From assembly GCA_032718475.1 (NCBI GenBank), contig JAUCBJ010008343.1:12728-76727 (forward strand): a DNA stretch of 64,000 nt, given 5' to 3'. This DNA is from Nemertoderma westbladi (lineage: Eukaryota > Animalia > Xenacoelomorpha). Positions 38,302-51,598 of this stretch are shown here, in pieces. Positions within the stretch are counted from its first letter, which is position 1. Every line of letters begins with the position of its first letter. The notes beneath the pieces are model-generated. The model did no database searches and was not told the DNA's origin. It saw only the letters and a program-made list of their open reading frames with translations. Made by a program: the position numbers and the translations under genes.

Positions 38302-39941
38302 ATCTGCTATATAAGTTTATCCATATTATAATGAGTTTATATTTAGGCGAGCGGGCGTCGCTGCCTACCCCTCTCTGCCCCCGGACAGTGTAAGATCCTC
38401 AGCGCCGATGTACCGTCGTCGCTGTGCTTTCGCCAACGATGTAGCTACACAACGACAACGATAACCGGCACAAGTCACTTCACTGTCCGTCCCAAAGGCT
38501 TAGATGTACTGCAGGTTCTTCTTGGAGAGTTAGGGTTACTTTCACAATTGCGACTCGCTACTGTAAACACACCTTAGTAGTAACATTCACCTACAAACGC
38601 ACAAATTCAACACAACTGCAACAAACTGCACACATTCGGGCCATTTGTCCATTAGTCAGTACCTTCCAGAATGTCACTGTATTTATTATGTATCCTTGGA
38701 TACTAGCAGTGCGCTATTTATTCCCTATGCTATTCAATGGGGCATGCTTTCTATTGTTCTTTTAACTCACTTCTAATTCTAGCGTGGTTGTTGCCATGGT
38801 GACATTATGGAAAGCTAGCGGTAGAATTAGGGTAATTCTCATGCATACAGATCTGGGATGCTATTTAATAGTAATTCTTTAATGGTCAATATCCCCTTTA
38901 TACATGATTCTATGAATTTTATCGTCTATTGACTATACATTGGAGATTCTCGCACACAAATACACTTAATAGAGTGAATCTCCGCTCCCATGATCTATTA
39001 ATTAATGGAATTTTGGGAATGTTATAAATTGTATAAAATGACAATTTATTAAATTCATTGAAATATATGAATTTAAATTTATTCCCGTAAATTTTATTAT
39101 TTAATGTTAAATAGACACAATTTTATTCCAGAACGTGTCTGGGGACTGGGATCCTTGATTCTAGGAATTTTGTCCTTTTAAGAGTATCGGTAAGTGCTAC
39201 GATATCTTAATCGACTAGAATTTTAAAGGATCTGATATTTGACAGATTTTTGTAAGTATTAATAATTAATATTTAGGATGGGCACCAGTTTATTCCAGAA
39301 CTTGTCTGGGGACGTTAACCATTGATTCTAGAAATTTGTCTTTCAAGTATATCGGTGGGTGCCGCGATATCTTAATCGACTAGAATTACATATGGTCAAA
39401 GGGTTTAACAGATTTATTTTGCGTTATACGCTACTGTTAAAGGGACATCACGCTACTATATGTATTATTTAATATACGGTATGAGAGCAATATCGCACGA
39501 AGCAATGTCAGTGTGAAGAGGCAAGTCGTTTCCAAGGTCTACCCAGAGCCTGGTTTAGCCGAGACACGAGGATCTGAACTTTGCATTCCTAATACTCTGC
39601 CTACCAATAATACTTAAATATAGTAGTGGCTTTATTGTACTTTAATAAGTACGGATATTTCATCTTACTGTAGTCACGTATTGATAATGTAATACGGGCA
39701 GTAAGGAAAGAGAAAAAGAATTATTTCTCGCCATCGCACTAAATATATAATATACATAATTAAATAATAAATGCGAATATATATTGCACTAATCTACTAA
39801 ATAATCTCTAAAATACTATACTACTAAATAAAATTAAATAAAACGATTAAAATAAAATTACATAATAATACATACATAAATATAAAAATAAAACAAATAC
39901 AAATATAAAGTAATATGGTCACACACCCACTCCAGCCGTTG

Positions 39942-42900
39942 TTAAGTTGGGGAGTCCCTAGATGTTTGTTGGATTAGGGAGGTGGTCGTGGGAAGACTAT
40001 CTTGTCTCCCATAGTTTCCGGAGAGTTCTCTGTCTCTTTCCAGTAAACATAAACGTCCCACCGGGCGATTGAGCTGCTGCGTCTCGAAGACAATTCCCGG
40101 TTTCTTGAAGTTACGTTGCATGACGACGAGTTCTACCGATCGCACCAAACCGTCATCCGAGATGTGCGTCTCGATTATACGACCTGTCTGCCACCTCTTA
40201 CGTGGAAGATCTACATCAACAATAAGAACCATGTCTCCCTCGCTGACGTTTTCTTGCTGCGCAAACCACTTAGTTCGAAGTTGTAGCGTGGGCAGATAAT
40301 GTTTCTCGAAATGGTCAGCGAAACGACGGGATAACAACTGCATGAGTTGCCAAGTTTGTCGGCAGTATTCGTCTCCGTCTGTGATTTCCGATTGTGGGAG
40401 CATGGCTACAGGTTTCTTCAGTAGGAAGTGCGCGGGTGTTAGCGCTTCCAGGGAATCGGGACTCGATGAGACTGGCATAAGCGGTCTCTCGTTGAGATAG
40501 GCGGCGATTTCTTCCATTAACGTCCGCAAAAGTTCGTCGGTGAGATAAGCGCGGCAAGGCACTATAAAATGAAATGCTGTCTTCACGCTTCTTATTAATC
40601 TCTCCCAACTTCCTCCCCACCAAGGGGCGTCGGCGGCATTGAAGGTCCAACTAGACGCTGTTACTCGTAGTTGGTCGTCCACCTGTCTTTGGTTCCAATC
40701 TTTGACGTAAGCTTTGATTTCATTGTTGGCACCAATGAAGTTTGTTCCCTTATCAGATTCCATCGTGTTACTAGTGCCAAAGCGAGCGATCTGTCGTCGT
40801 AAGCTTAATAGAAAGCTGTTGGTAGATAAATCGTTCACCATATCGAGATGGATGGCTCTACAAGTCATACAAACAAAGATTACACACCATCTCTTGACTA
40901 TAGTCCTAGCACGATATACTTCAATAGGGCCAAATAAATCCACACCGGTATTAGTAAAGGGTGGTTCATAAAAGCTTACTCGTTCCCTAGGTAATTCTGC
41001 CTCTCTCTGTGTTAAAGGCCTACTGAATGCTTTCCTACAGGGTATACAGTTCCTAAGAACTTGGTTCAGAGCTCTACGGGGTTTATAAAAATAATAGCGA
41101 GTTCGAATTTCGCTAAGCACTCGTTCTCTACCAGCATGATAAAGTTTGCTGTGAACATCTACAATCATCTTGACTTGTATTTCAAGATTTCTAATGAGTA
41201 TGGGGAACTTAGTATCAAAGGATAATGGGGCATTCGTTAACCTTCCTCCAACACGTATCAACCCATCTATCATTGTGCTAGAGAAACGATCCCTTAAGCG
41301 CATCTGTGGATTTCTCAACAACAGGAAATACTTATCGGAATCTTCATAGCATTGTAAGAATCTCAGCATCTGTTTGTTGGTTTCTTCATGCTCCTGATAA
41401 CTGATCTTCTCCTTCAGAAACTTGTCGGGTACCTTATATTTGGGAAGATCTTTAATAACATGGACCTGCACTGATGTGATTGGAGCGGTATCACCCTTTG
41501 TTTTCATCCCAGAGTAGTGATGGTGAAAACATCTCTTTAAATATGTAACGGCTTTACAGAGCCGATTCCAGGAACTGTAGTGATGTATCGCTCTCTGCAG
41601 AAGAGGTGAGAGTCCTTGCGAGACGTCTGGTATGCCAGATTTCCAATCCTTATCACGGATTTCCACAACGGGTTTATTTGTGGCTGTGGGTTTCTGATCC
41701 AAAGCGTCATCTCCGGAAGTATGTAGTACAGACAGATCTACTGTGGGTTTGAATAACTTCGATTTACTCGCCTGAGTTTTAGGCTTGACTTTCTCCGCTC
41801 CCTTGGCCTGTCTAATTTCTGCTGTAGTAAGATGAGGAGGCCATTCTTCTTCTTCTTTGTAGAGGAAGTCGGGTCCACCTAACCAGTCTGGTGTATCTAC
41901 CAGTTCTTGTGGAGTTGCTCCCCTGGAAGCGATGTCTGCTGGATTAATCGTTCCGGGGCAATGTCTCCATTGATCCATCGTCGTGCGACTGAGTATAATA
42001 GCTACTCTGTTGGTAACGAAGACGCTGAACTGACAGACTTCATTGGTTATATACTCCAACACGAGTAAAGCATCGGTCCAATAGACAGTTTTCTCCAGGG
42101 GATAGTCGATCTGTTCTGTTACATTCCGGCCGATGGCTGTAGCGTATAGAGCCGCTTTTAACTCCGCTCGAGGAACTTTCAACTTGTTGTTTATTAATGC
42201 CTTAGAGGTAACCAAGGCGACTTTAATTCCGTCCGGAGTTTCCACCCTTAGGTAGGCTACTATACCGATTCCCATATCGCTGGCGTCTCCAAACACATGG
42301 AGTTGATATGAATACGTAGGGAGAACATGACCAAAATATGAACGGGAAATTATAAAGTTTTCGATGGCTGGTAGAGAATTTTCCCATTTCATCCACTTCT
42401 TTAATAATTCTCCCTTAAGTGGATCGTCCCATGAGTGGTTTTCAAGCCACATTTGTTGTACTAAACTCCGAGCAATCAATATAACTGGGCTAATAAATCC
42501 CAATGGATCGAAATAAGTGCTCAGGATACTTAAACAAATCCGTTTAGTCCGAACTGGATTATCTCACTGTTTTAATTGGAAAAACAGGATATCTCTTTCT
42601 GTGTCCCATTTCAAACCAAGGGTCTTAGTTTCTGGGAGATCATCCTTTATTAGATCTAGGTCTTTTGCTCCTCGATCTTCTACCGGGATCGACTCCAGAA
42701 ACTCACGGGAGTTGCTGGTGAATTTAGTTAATCGAAATCCACCTCTTTTTAAGCACTCTACCGTTCCTTTAGCGACGTCAATGGCTTCTTCGACTGATGG
42801 AAGGGACTTTAGATTATCGTCCATGTAGATGTCTCGTTTGATATTGTCGATCACTTCTTTAGAGAAGGCGTCTCGGTTGTCATCCGCAGTGGTGCGCACT

Positions 42901-45900
42901 ACGGAACAGGCGTTTGAAGGGCTCGAGATTATCCCAAAAGCCTGGATGGTCATCCAGTACTCCACCGGTTTCTGGTTGAGGTCTCCTTCAGGCCACCACA
43001 GAAATCGTAGGCTGTCTCGATCTCTATCCAGCGCTTTGACTTGTAAGAACATGCCTTCTATATCTGAGGCGAAAGCAATGGAGTATTGTCTTAATCTTAA
43101 TAGTATTCCCAACAAGGATTGGAGTAAGTTGGGTCCGGGTAACAATTCAGAATTAAGAGATTGGCCCATATAAAGGGCGGAACCGTCAAACACCACTCGT
43201 ACTTCATGGGGTTCACTGGGTTTGGGAACGTAATGGTGAGTTAAGTAATACGTTCTCTCAGTTATAGGGGTTTCTTCCGGTACTAGCTCCGCATATCCCT
43301 TGCTAATAAACTTCTTCAACTGTGTTTGATACATTTCTTTAGCTGAAGAATTTGCCGTAAGGCGTCGATGTAGTTGAGCAATTCTTTTCTCTGCCAAAGG
43401 TCTGTTGTTAATGAACTTTGGTTCTCGCTTTCGGAAAGGAAGACCAATCTCATATCTACCTTGATCTTTAAGAAAACGAGTAGTTGTCGCTTGGATCTGC
43501 TTGGCTCTTTCTTCCTCCACCGATAGGGCCTTATCGTAGGAGTTGGGCTCTACGACCTCTTGAGTAAAGAATCTCACGGAGTGTTCATCCCGAGTCTTGG
43601 CATTATAACGTTCAATGACGTGATTGAGCTCGTCGTTATAGTCGTCTCGCTCGGATGGGAGAAGGAGTTGACATAAGTTCACTTGATTTTGCCAAGTCTC
43701 GCTTTCCTTAAGGAGATCGATGGCATTCTCCTCATCGAAGAGTTGATGTATATCGTCGTTGTCTGAGGAGTATGGAGTTCCCTCAGCTGGATCGTCGAAC
43801 TCACTGTTCTCAACTTCCCATTCTCGCACTTGATATACCTGATCTTTCGGTAATCTTTCCATGAGAGTTTTACGGGAAGGGCCAGTAAAGTACCAACCTA
43901 CTCTAGTTCTTACCGCATAGGTCTGTAGTGGCTGCGGTTGAGCAGGCCGTTTCTCCAATGTCTCGAGCGCCTCATGCGCGTTTTGGCCGATGAGTATTTG
44001 CACTCCAGGATAATCAGTCTGGAATCGAGGTATCTTAAGATATTGAATGCTCTCATCCTCGTCCCAATTATAAAGGTCTGCTTGAGTAGTAGCGAAATTC
44101 TTTATAGCCACCATTTTCACTGACCTTATGCTACGTTCTCCTAGTTCGTCCTGGGGGGTGGACAACGCACCTACATAATAATCCGCTGTTACTGTGGATT
44201 TCCAAACTTGCATAATTCCTGACATGTTTAGCTTAGTTCGGAACTTGGGTTGTCCAGCGAATATGTCTTCGGCTAGCTCTTTGTCGATGAATGTTCCTGT
44301 ACTACCGGAGTCAAGGAGGGCGTTCACTACATAACTCCTTTTTGGTCCGTGGACCCTTACCTGTACCACAGGAAATTCTCTAATCCCTACATTGGAAGTT
44401 GGCGCTTTCCAAAATGGTTGTTGATCAGAAGTAGTTAGGGTAAGGTCGCTGTCCGTATCCTTTTCATACGTGAGTGCTCGATACACTGTGGTATTTATCG
44501 TGTAACAGGATTCGTTTTCGTCGGAGAACTCGTCTGTATAGAATCCTTCCATCTCAGATTGATCAGTGTCGTTCACATCACTGAATTGGACATGTAGTTC
44601 GGAATCACTTACCTGACTCGGACTATTTCGCTCGAATTCAGTGTGCAACAAGATATGATGTTTCGCACCGCACTTGGCACATCTTGTGTCAGAGTAACAG
44701 GTTCGCCGTTGGTGTCCATGTCTGAGGCAATTATAACACAACCGCTTATCCCACATGACTTCACGTCTCTCAGTTAATGATTTCTTTAGAAATTCATCAC
44801 ACATATTTAAGCGATGGGTCCCATCACATAGCGCACATTTCGGTTTGATGTTACTTACCTTACTCTGCGTAACATTGTGTACACTTGTCTTTTCTTCGGG
44901 CTTTCTCACCTGAATTCTCTTGGGAGACGTAGGAGGAGTTTTTCTTACCTGTTCTCTCCTGTCATTGGTTCGAGACTTGAATTTACTTACCTGATCTTTA
45001 GGCATTTTATTGACGTAATAAGATCTGTCAGTGTCTTTCCCGCTATCCTCTCCTTGAGAAGTCTGGCTTTCGCCGTCGTCTGTATAACACACTGGTGTTA
45101 CCTTTCTCCTAGAGACGGGTTTTTCACTTACCTTGTTTTCCGGTGTCTTCTCTCTGGACAGTTTTAGGAGCTGTAATTTCACTTCTCCATCTAGGAATGA
45201 CATGATATCAGCCATGGTAGGGTCTCGTCGTTGTTGTTCCATCATATATAACACTTTCTTATCCCAGCGTGTACCTACTCCACCCTTCGGTAAAGTAGAA
45301 GCCACTGCTCTAATAACCATAGCACTCTGATACTCATGAGACTTACCTAGCCAATCTAATTGTCTGCAGATATCCTGAATTTCATCGGAAAACTCTATAA
45401 TCCCGCTGCTAATAAACTTTCGGGGCGCTACCAACTTTGCATACAAATACCCAGCTATGTTATTCCTATTACCATACCTGATGTTTAGTGTATCCCAAAC
45501 TTGTCTTAATCCGTTTGGATGTCCAATAAACTTTAGCGCCATTAACTTGGGAGATCCTTCCAAGCACTCGATGAGGAATCTAAGTTTCTCTCCATTAGAT
45601 AGTACAGAGTTCTGTATGTTATCTTTGTAATATTCATTAAAAGGTAACCATTTCATCTCATCTCCATTGAACTTGACGATCTCTCCCACCTTTACCGCTT
45701 GCCGGGCTTCGGTTCTAGCCATTTGACGCGTAAAACTTTCTTGGGCCATCGTGTTATTTAATATCGAGTTATCGGTATATAAATTTCTCGGATTATGATC
45801 CGGTCTATAGGGAATATCATTATCAACAGGTCTATAATTACCCTTAATAGGGTTCACTATAGGAGTTTCTACTTCGCTAGCAGTATAGATGCGTGTAGGC

Positions 45901-48176
45901 TCCACACCTTGCGCATGAGATACTTCAGACCTAACAGGTTGACACATTGTTACGGGGGGTGTTGGTATACCCTTTTGTGTATTTACTAATTTATTGCGTT
46001 CTAGCGCGATACTTTGCTGCACTTCTTGCAACTCTAATCTACTTTCCCTTACTGTGCCCTTGAATTGCTGAACGGTCTCCTGCATCTGTCCGAGCAGGAG
46101 ATCCATCCCCCGTCGTCTCTCATCCACCCATTCAACCGCCGAAGCGGGATTCGCCAACGTTGTAGCGGGCGGACGAGGGACAACGGGCGACAAATCATGA
46201 ATATTTCGCTCGGAGTCCAGGGCATGAACTGTCTCATGGGCTGTTCTGCTGGGCACAGGTAGCTTAGTGCTGTGCAAAGGGAATTGAGAGGTAGGTTCAG
46301 GGAGTACAGGTGTCTCTACGACCGAAAGGGTGGCTTCGGGAACAGGCCTAATTATTTCAGGCTCATCTACTATAGTAGGGAGTCTCTCTATTGTAATTAT
46401 TTGGTCTGTGGGTTCTGTACTACCTAAGTTGGTGTTATTTAGTTGCCTTCGAACAGCTGGAGGCAAATCAGGCAATTTCTGATGGTGGGATGTTCTTTTA
46501 CGTCTGCTTAGGTGAGATATATTTCCTTTGCCTTCAGTGTCGGTGGTATCGCCTTCCTCAGATGATGTATAACCTTGTCTTTTGGGAGTAGATCGATTCA
46601 TCATCTGCATATTACTAGCTGTTAACTGTTTATTAAAGTTGTCTTGTCTCTCTTGAAGATTTTCCAACTCTAGTTGGGTTGTCTCTTCAGATGCCCTCCG
46701 TTCTGCTTCTGCCACTGCTATTTTTCTTTCCGCTTCGGCCGCCTTTCTTTCCGCTTCTGCTGCTGCCACTTTTCTTTCCGCTTCGGCCGCCTTTCTTTCG
46801 TCTTCTACTGCTGCAGCTGCCACTTTTCTTTCCGCTTCGGCCGCCTTTCTTTCGGCTTCTACTGCTGCAGCTGCCGCTTTTGCCTCTGCCGCTGCCGCTT
46901 TTGCCTCTGCCGCTGCTTCTGCCGCTTTTCTATCCACTTCTGCCGCTTTTCGTTCCGCTTCTGCCGCTGCCACTGCCGCTGCTGCTGTCTTTCTATCTTC
47001 TATACGTTTTTTCTTTACTTGTTCTTCTTGAACCTTAGCGATGCGGATGCTTTCACTGAATTTAGCTTGGTTCGCAGCTAACCTATCCACATCGATTGCG
47101 TCCAACACACGCTGGGCTCCTTCACTATTAGGGCTAAGCCCCTCTAACCTTCTCCTCAACTCTTCATCACCTAAAAAACGTTGATAGTCTGACAGATAGA
47201 TGTCAATGGCATCCCTCTTATGCGGTTTCTCTGCCGTCGCTTCACTTTCCACTTGGGAAAATGTAGCATCTGTTGAATCTCCATGGGTTGAGCGCTCATC
47301 TAGTTGGGCTTTCCACTGAGCCGTTCCTTGAACCTGGAGACTCACCTTTTGAAACCAAGTCTTTACAGCAACTTGCAACGACGTGTCTTGTCTTCTTTTA
47401 GAAGCCTCCTCAAAGGCTGATAAGATTAGCCTGATTCGTAGAATTCTTTCTCTAACTTGATAAAGCAGTTGTCCCTGCTCTTGAGGTCCTTGGGGTTGTT
47501 GAAACAGTTGTTTTTCTACTCGCTCCATAGAGCTGAAGAATCCCTGTGCGTATCCGGCTGCGGACCTCTTCCACACAGCTGGATCGGTGGTCTCCTTGGC
47601 TACTCCCATCCGGTGTATGTCTTCCCAGGCAGCTTCTGATAAATCAAACGGGAGTCCGGGTCCGGGGAAGTTCCATTGCGACTCGACCATAGACTTCAGT
47701 TCTTCCCTTGTGTATCCCTCATAACTATCTTTAGTCAATCGCTTACTTCTCGCCCAATCGATCTGGTGTTCTTCCACCGCGATCAATATCCTAGTGAGTA
47801 CGGCTGCAGGCAGGATGAGAAGGGGATCCGAATAAACCGCATCCGTCATCTTTGCTCCGCGCTCGGGTGTCAGCTCTACAGTATCTTCACTACTGGAGCT
47901 GTTGGGCCGCTGAGAAATAAGTTCTTGGCTCGCGGGTTGTTGCTGTTCCGCTGCTTCTTGGTCCCGCTTGACCTGGGCTCGAGTGCCTATGATAGACCTA
48001 TGGTGTTGGACCAGCCTAGGTTCTGTTATTACTACTGGAGGGATGACCTTCCTCACAGTGGGAGGTGAACTGAACTTAGGTGTAGACGGTTCTACACCCT
48101 TATCTGAGTCGCAGATAGTTACATCTAATAAACTGTCTGACAGGTTCTGCTTAGTATCAGACATGTTTGTTTGCAC
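39942..48176 (-). CDS. BEL/Pao Gag-Pol polyprotein (~2740 codons) with one in-frame TGA at 42564-42566
   Basis: Gag KFNGDEMKW...LSNGEKLRFL, three Cys/His knuckles, protease LLDSGS, RT DIEGMFLQV/YMDD, RNase H TKRICLS...FDPLG/FGDAS/WTDA, integrase HHCC plus GVDLFGP/SDKGTNF/WERL. The two track ORFs are in the same frame. Confidence 0.96.
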
Positions 48177-50351
48177 AGTTGAATGTCTACTGCTATATTA
48201 CAGTCTAAGTAAGTCTAGTAATTCAGTATTAACTGCTAGCCTAGTAATTAATTACCGATACTGCTACTCAGTGTAGCGTGATATATAATATATTAGTATA
48301 CCGGTATGCTTATAGTATATATAAGTATTATTACAGACTAGTTTATCACAGAATACCGGTAGGTAATTTTAGCACAAATATATATAAATATATAATAGGC
48401 CTATCGTGAATACCGGTATGCAGTTTACACTTATAGTGTATATATATAAGTATAATTACAGACTAGAATTAATTACAGAGTACCGGTATGATTTCAACCT
48501 AAAATTTATAGAAATAAATATAATAAGCCTATTGTAAATACCGGTATGTCAATTATTTTAAATAATTGAATTTCTGAATTTTAAGGGTTACTTGGTTACT
48601 TTAACTTACTTTATTGCCGTTATTTAAGCAGTAGTCCAACTGATATTGAGACCTAATTGTTATATGGCAGGCCTACTATTTATAAATCGTTTGAGTTGAT
48701 TTATAATATATATATACCCGTTTAATGGGTTTTGTCAATGTTTGAAATAAATGTTATTATTTCTGGGGGAGTCACTACACATAAGCTGTGCGCTCTCAGT
48801 GGAGTGCTACTTGTTAGACACTAAAACAAATAATTCTAATTTACCTAAGTTACTTATTACTACTAATTACGTACAATTCTGGTTGAGATTACAATCTCTA
48901 AATAAACACAAAAATTTAATTACAAATACACAAATACAAATTTTTTAGGGTAATTTTACAGGGAATCTACAAACCAGCCTAACAAAGGGTTAGAATATCT
49001 GGTTATTACAACGGACAGGTTACTACGGTATTTGAAAACAATAAGTAGTAGTAAATATACTGCGTTGTCCAGATAGGAAAATACCACCGCCTGACGACCT
49101 ATAACCGTATCGCTATAGGTACTACATTATGTATCACGGAGTGTTCCTACCTAGAGATTAATTACCGCGGTCTACCAGAACCAACGTGCCTATTAACCAC
49201 TTTACAACACAAATATACTGCCTACACACTAATCACCTTCGGAAAGTACTGTACACTAAACCCTAAATTAGGTACAAGTACTTGTACAACAAATAATTAG
49301 TAGTTAGAAATACTTGAACAGCTAAAAGAACCACGGTATCTGCTGGAGTGACCAAAGCATAAAATCTCCAGTCTTTACCTACGCCGAGCAGCCCTGATGT
49401 AGTACCGTTGTTAGTTTAACTATAACGGTATGTATAACAAACACAATTACTGTAGGAACAAACTTGGGGATATGAATGTTGCGAATAATCGCATAAACTC
49501 TGAATAATAAATATTACGCTACGAGTACAAACTACTCAAACAAAATGCAGACCAAATACTGACAGACTACTATCAAGCCTAAACAAACTACGGTATATGC
49601 AGACTCCAAAATGATTAGTTAGTACGCGTTCTAACCCAGTAGTACGACTTATTCTTTCACAGGGGGTTTACCTCACAGCACTTGAAGCCCCTACTTTCCT
49701 AACTTAGCACTTTATCGGACAGATGCTCTACACACACCGAAATTTCCTCAAACCCAACAACAGCCAGACAACTATCCAGCCTACAAATTATCTAAATAAA
49801 ATTATACGCTACCCGTACAGACTACACAAACAAAGTACAGACCAAACGCTGGCAGACTACTATCAAGCCTAAATAAACTACAGTATACGCAGACTCCGAA
49901 ATGGTTAAGTAGTATGCGTTCTAACCCAGTAGTACGACTTATTCTTTAGATGGGGGTTTACCTTACAGCTATGGCTGCCCCTACTTCCTAACCGTTCTTT
50001 ATCGGACATACACTCTACATGCACTGCAATCCGTTCAGACCTAATCAACAGTTAGCCAACAGTCAAGCCTACAAATTATCTGTACAATCTGAGCAGGCCT
50101 ACACGCCTTCTGCTCAATACTGGCCTACAAATAAATAAAACTGACAGAAATAAGTAAGCTCCAAAAGAAACAAGGGGTGTACAGTCCCTAATCTCTTAAA
50201 CAGCCTACCGGTATACAATACCACAATCGAATAATACTGCTGTACCTGTACTGTAAGTAAGTACCGGTCCGGATGATCAGGCAGTCAGGCCTACTGGTTA
50301 CCGGTCGACCGGTACTTTCTACTAGATTGCTTACACCGCAATCCAGAAGCA

Positions 50352-50362
50352 ATATCTGTTAT
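50352..50362 (-). promoter_or_regulatory. Putative self-priming primer-binding site (ATAACAGATAT)
   Basis: Immediately follows the 5' LTR, lacks TGG, and is the exact 11-nt complement of LTR sense sequence ATATCTGTTAT at 51095-51085. Confidence 0.6.
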
Positions 50363-51531
50363 TGTTTGCGCTTTTAAGACCTTTGACAGTTTAACCTGCC
50401 AAATTAGGATGTCTTTTAGATGATATATATTCTTTAGCTTATGACGAGTATTTGATACACTACATTAGCCGAAGCCAGTCTATGCGCAATCATTCACCCG
50501 TTGGATATACCCGGGAGACTGAGTTCGGAGCTTAATGATTGATGGTGTAAGCCTACCGTATTATTCGACTGATCGTAATATATAATCTCTGAGAAATATT
50601 ATTCACTTTCGGGAAATATTAACAGTTCCTTTACGACGTGGCGCTCTAAATATGTAAACAGAGTTATGACTTAAACTAGACACAACGAAAAGGCTATAGA
50701 TTTACGTATATGGCACATTCTTTAGGAGATGCTTTGTTATCAGTTACAATCATACACAATGCTGCACAATGCTGCACACTAATCTGCCGACCTTCACTAA
50801 ATTTGGTCACGTATAAAGAGAGCAACATACAATTTATGTCGGGCATATGAAATAGCATGAGATTCACTTCAAACCACTTAACATAGGTCGCAATCATTTA
50901 TCTGTAACCGGTCTCTCTAACCTTTAGTATATCAAGAAGGTGGGGTGTCTGACTATTGATCAGTTTTCCGATATAATATTTCATCAACCAATATAATGAA
51001 TAACCGACAGTAAAAGCAGCAAAGTTAAGGTATGAATGATTATTAAGTGAGTTAACTGAGTTTTGGTTTGATTTGGTTTGTTTGATAACAGATATACGTT
51101 CTATAATTAAGCCTACTAATGTAAAGCTAAAGAATGCTGATATACGGAAGTGCCAAAAGCCGGTGTTCTTAGGCTCTGGACAAAAACATAACACTGAATT
51201 ACTGAGTTTCTGTATCCAACTCCAACACAGAGACAAAAAACGCTCTGATTGGTCAACCGAACAACGAGAGAACAAAGAAACAAAGAAATGTCGACGTGGC
51301 AATATCAGCTGTTAGCCGTCGTCATGGTAGCGACACTGTTTTCAAGAGTATCTAGCTTATCGCGTCACGAGATTGCGGATTATGTCCTCTAAAGTACAAA
51401 TACAGAAGAAATGACTTTTATGTCCTCTAAAACACCAGTACAGCAAGGACACGGCCTTTTTATGCCTGGTAAACCAACCACAGAGTACTTTACGGGGAAA
51501 ATAACCGGCTAATTACGCAAAAGCTTTTACA
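50363..51531 (-). repeat. 5' LTR (1169 bp)
   Basis: Direct repeat of 35549-36701 with TG...CA ends. Confidence 0.97.
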
Positions 51532-51598
51532 CCTACTACTTAGATCCAATACGATATACATACAGCCCAACATACAGTATAATGTAGACCTACTGTAC

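Larger units (their letters stand above)
35549..51531 (-). mobile_element. Full-length BEL/Pao LTR retrotransposon (~16 kb)
   Basis: Two TG...CA LTRs, 5-bp TSD cctac (35544-35548 and 51532-51536), and Gag-PR-RT-RH-IN order with BEL/Pao motifs. Confidence 0.97.

Noticed and set aside
46674-47081. Cys/Phe- and Leu/Pro-rich plus-strand ORFs
   Set aside because: Antisense shadows of the Gag alanine-rich repeat.
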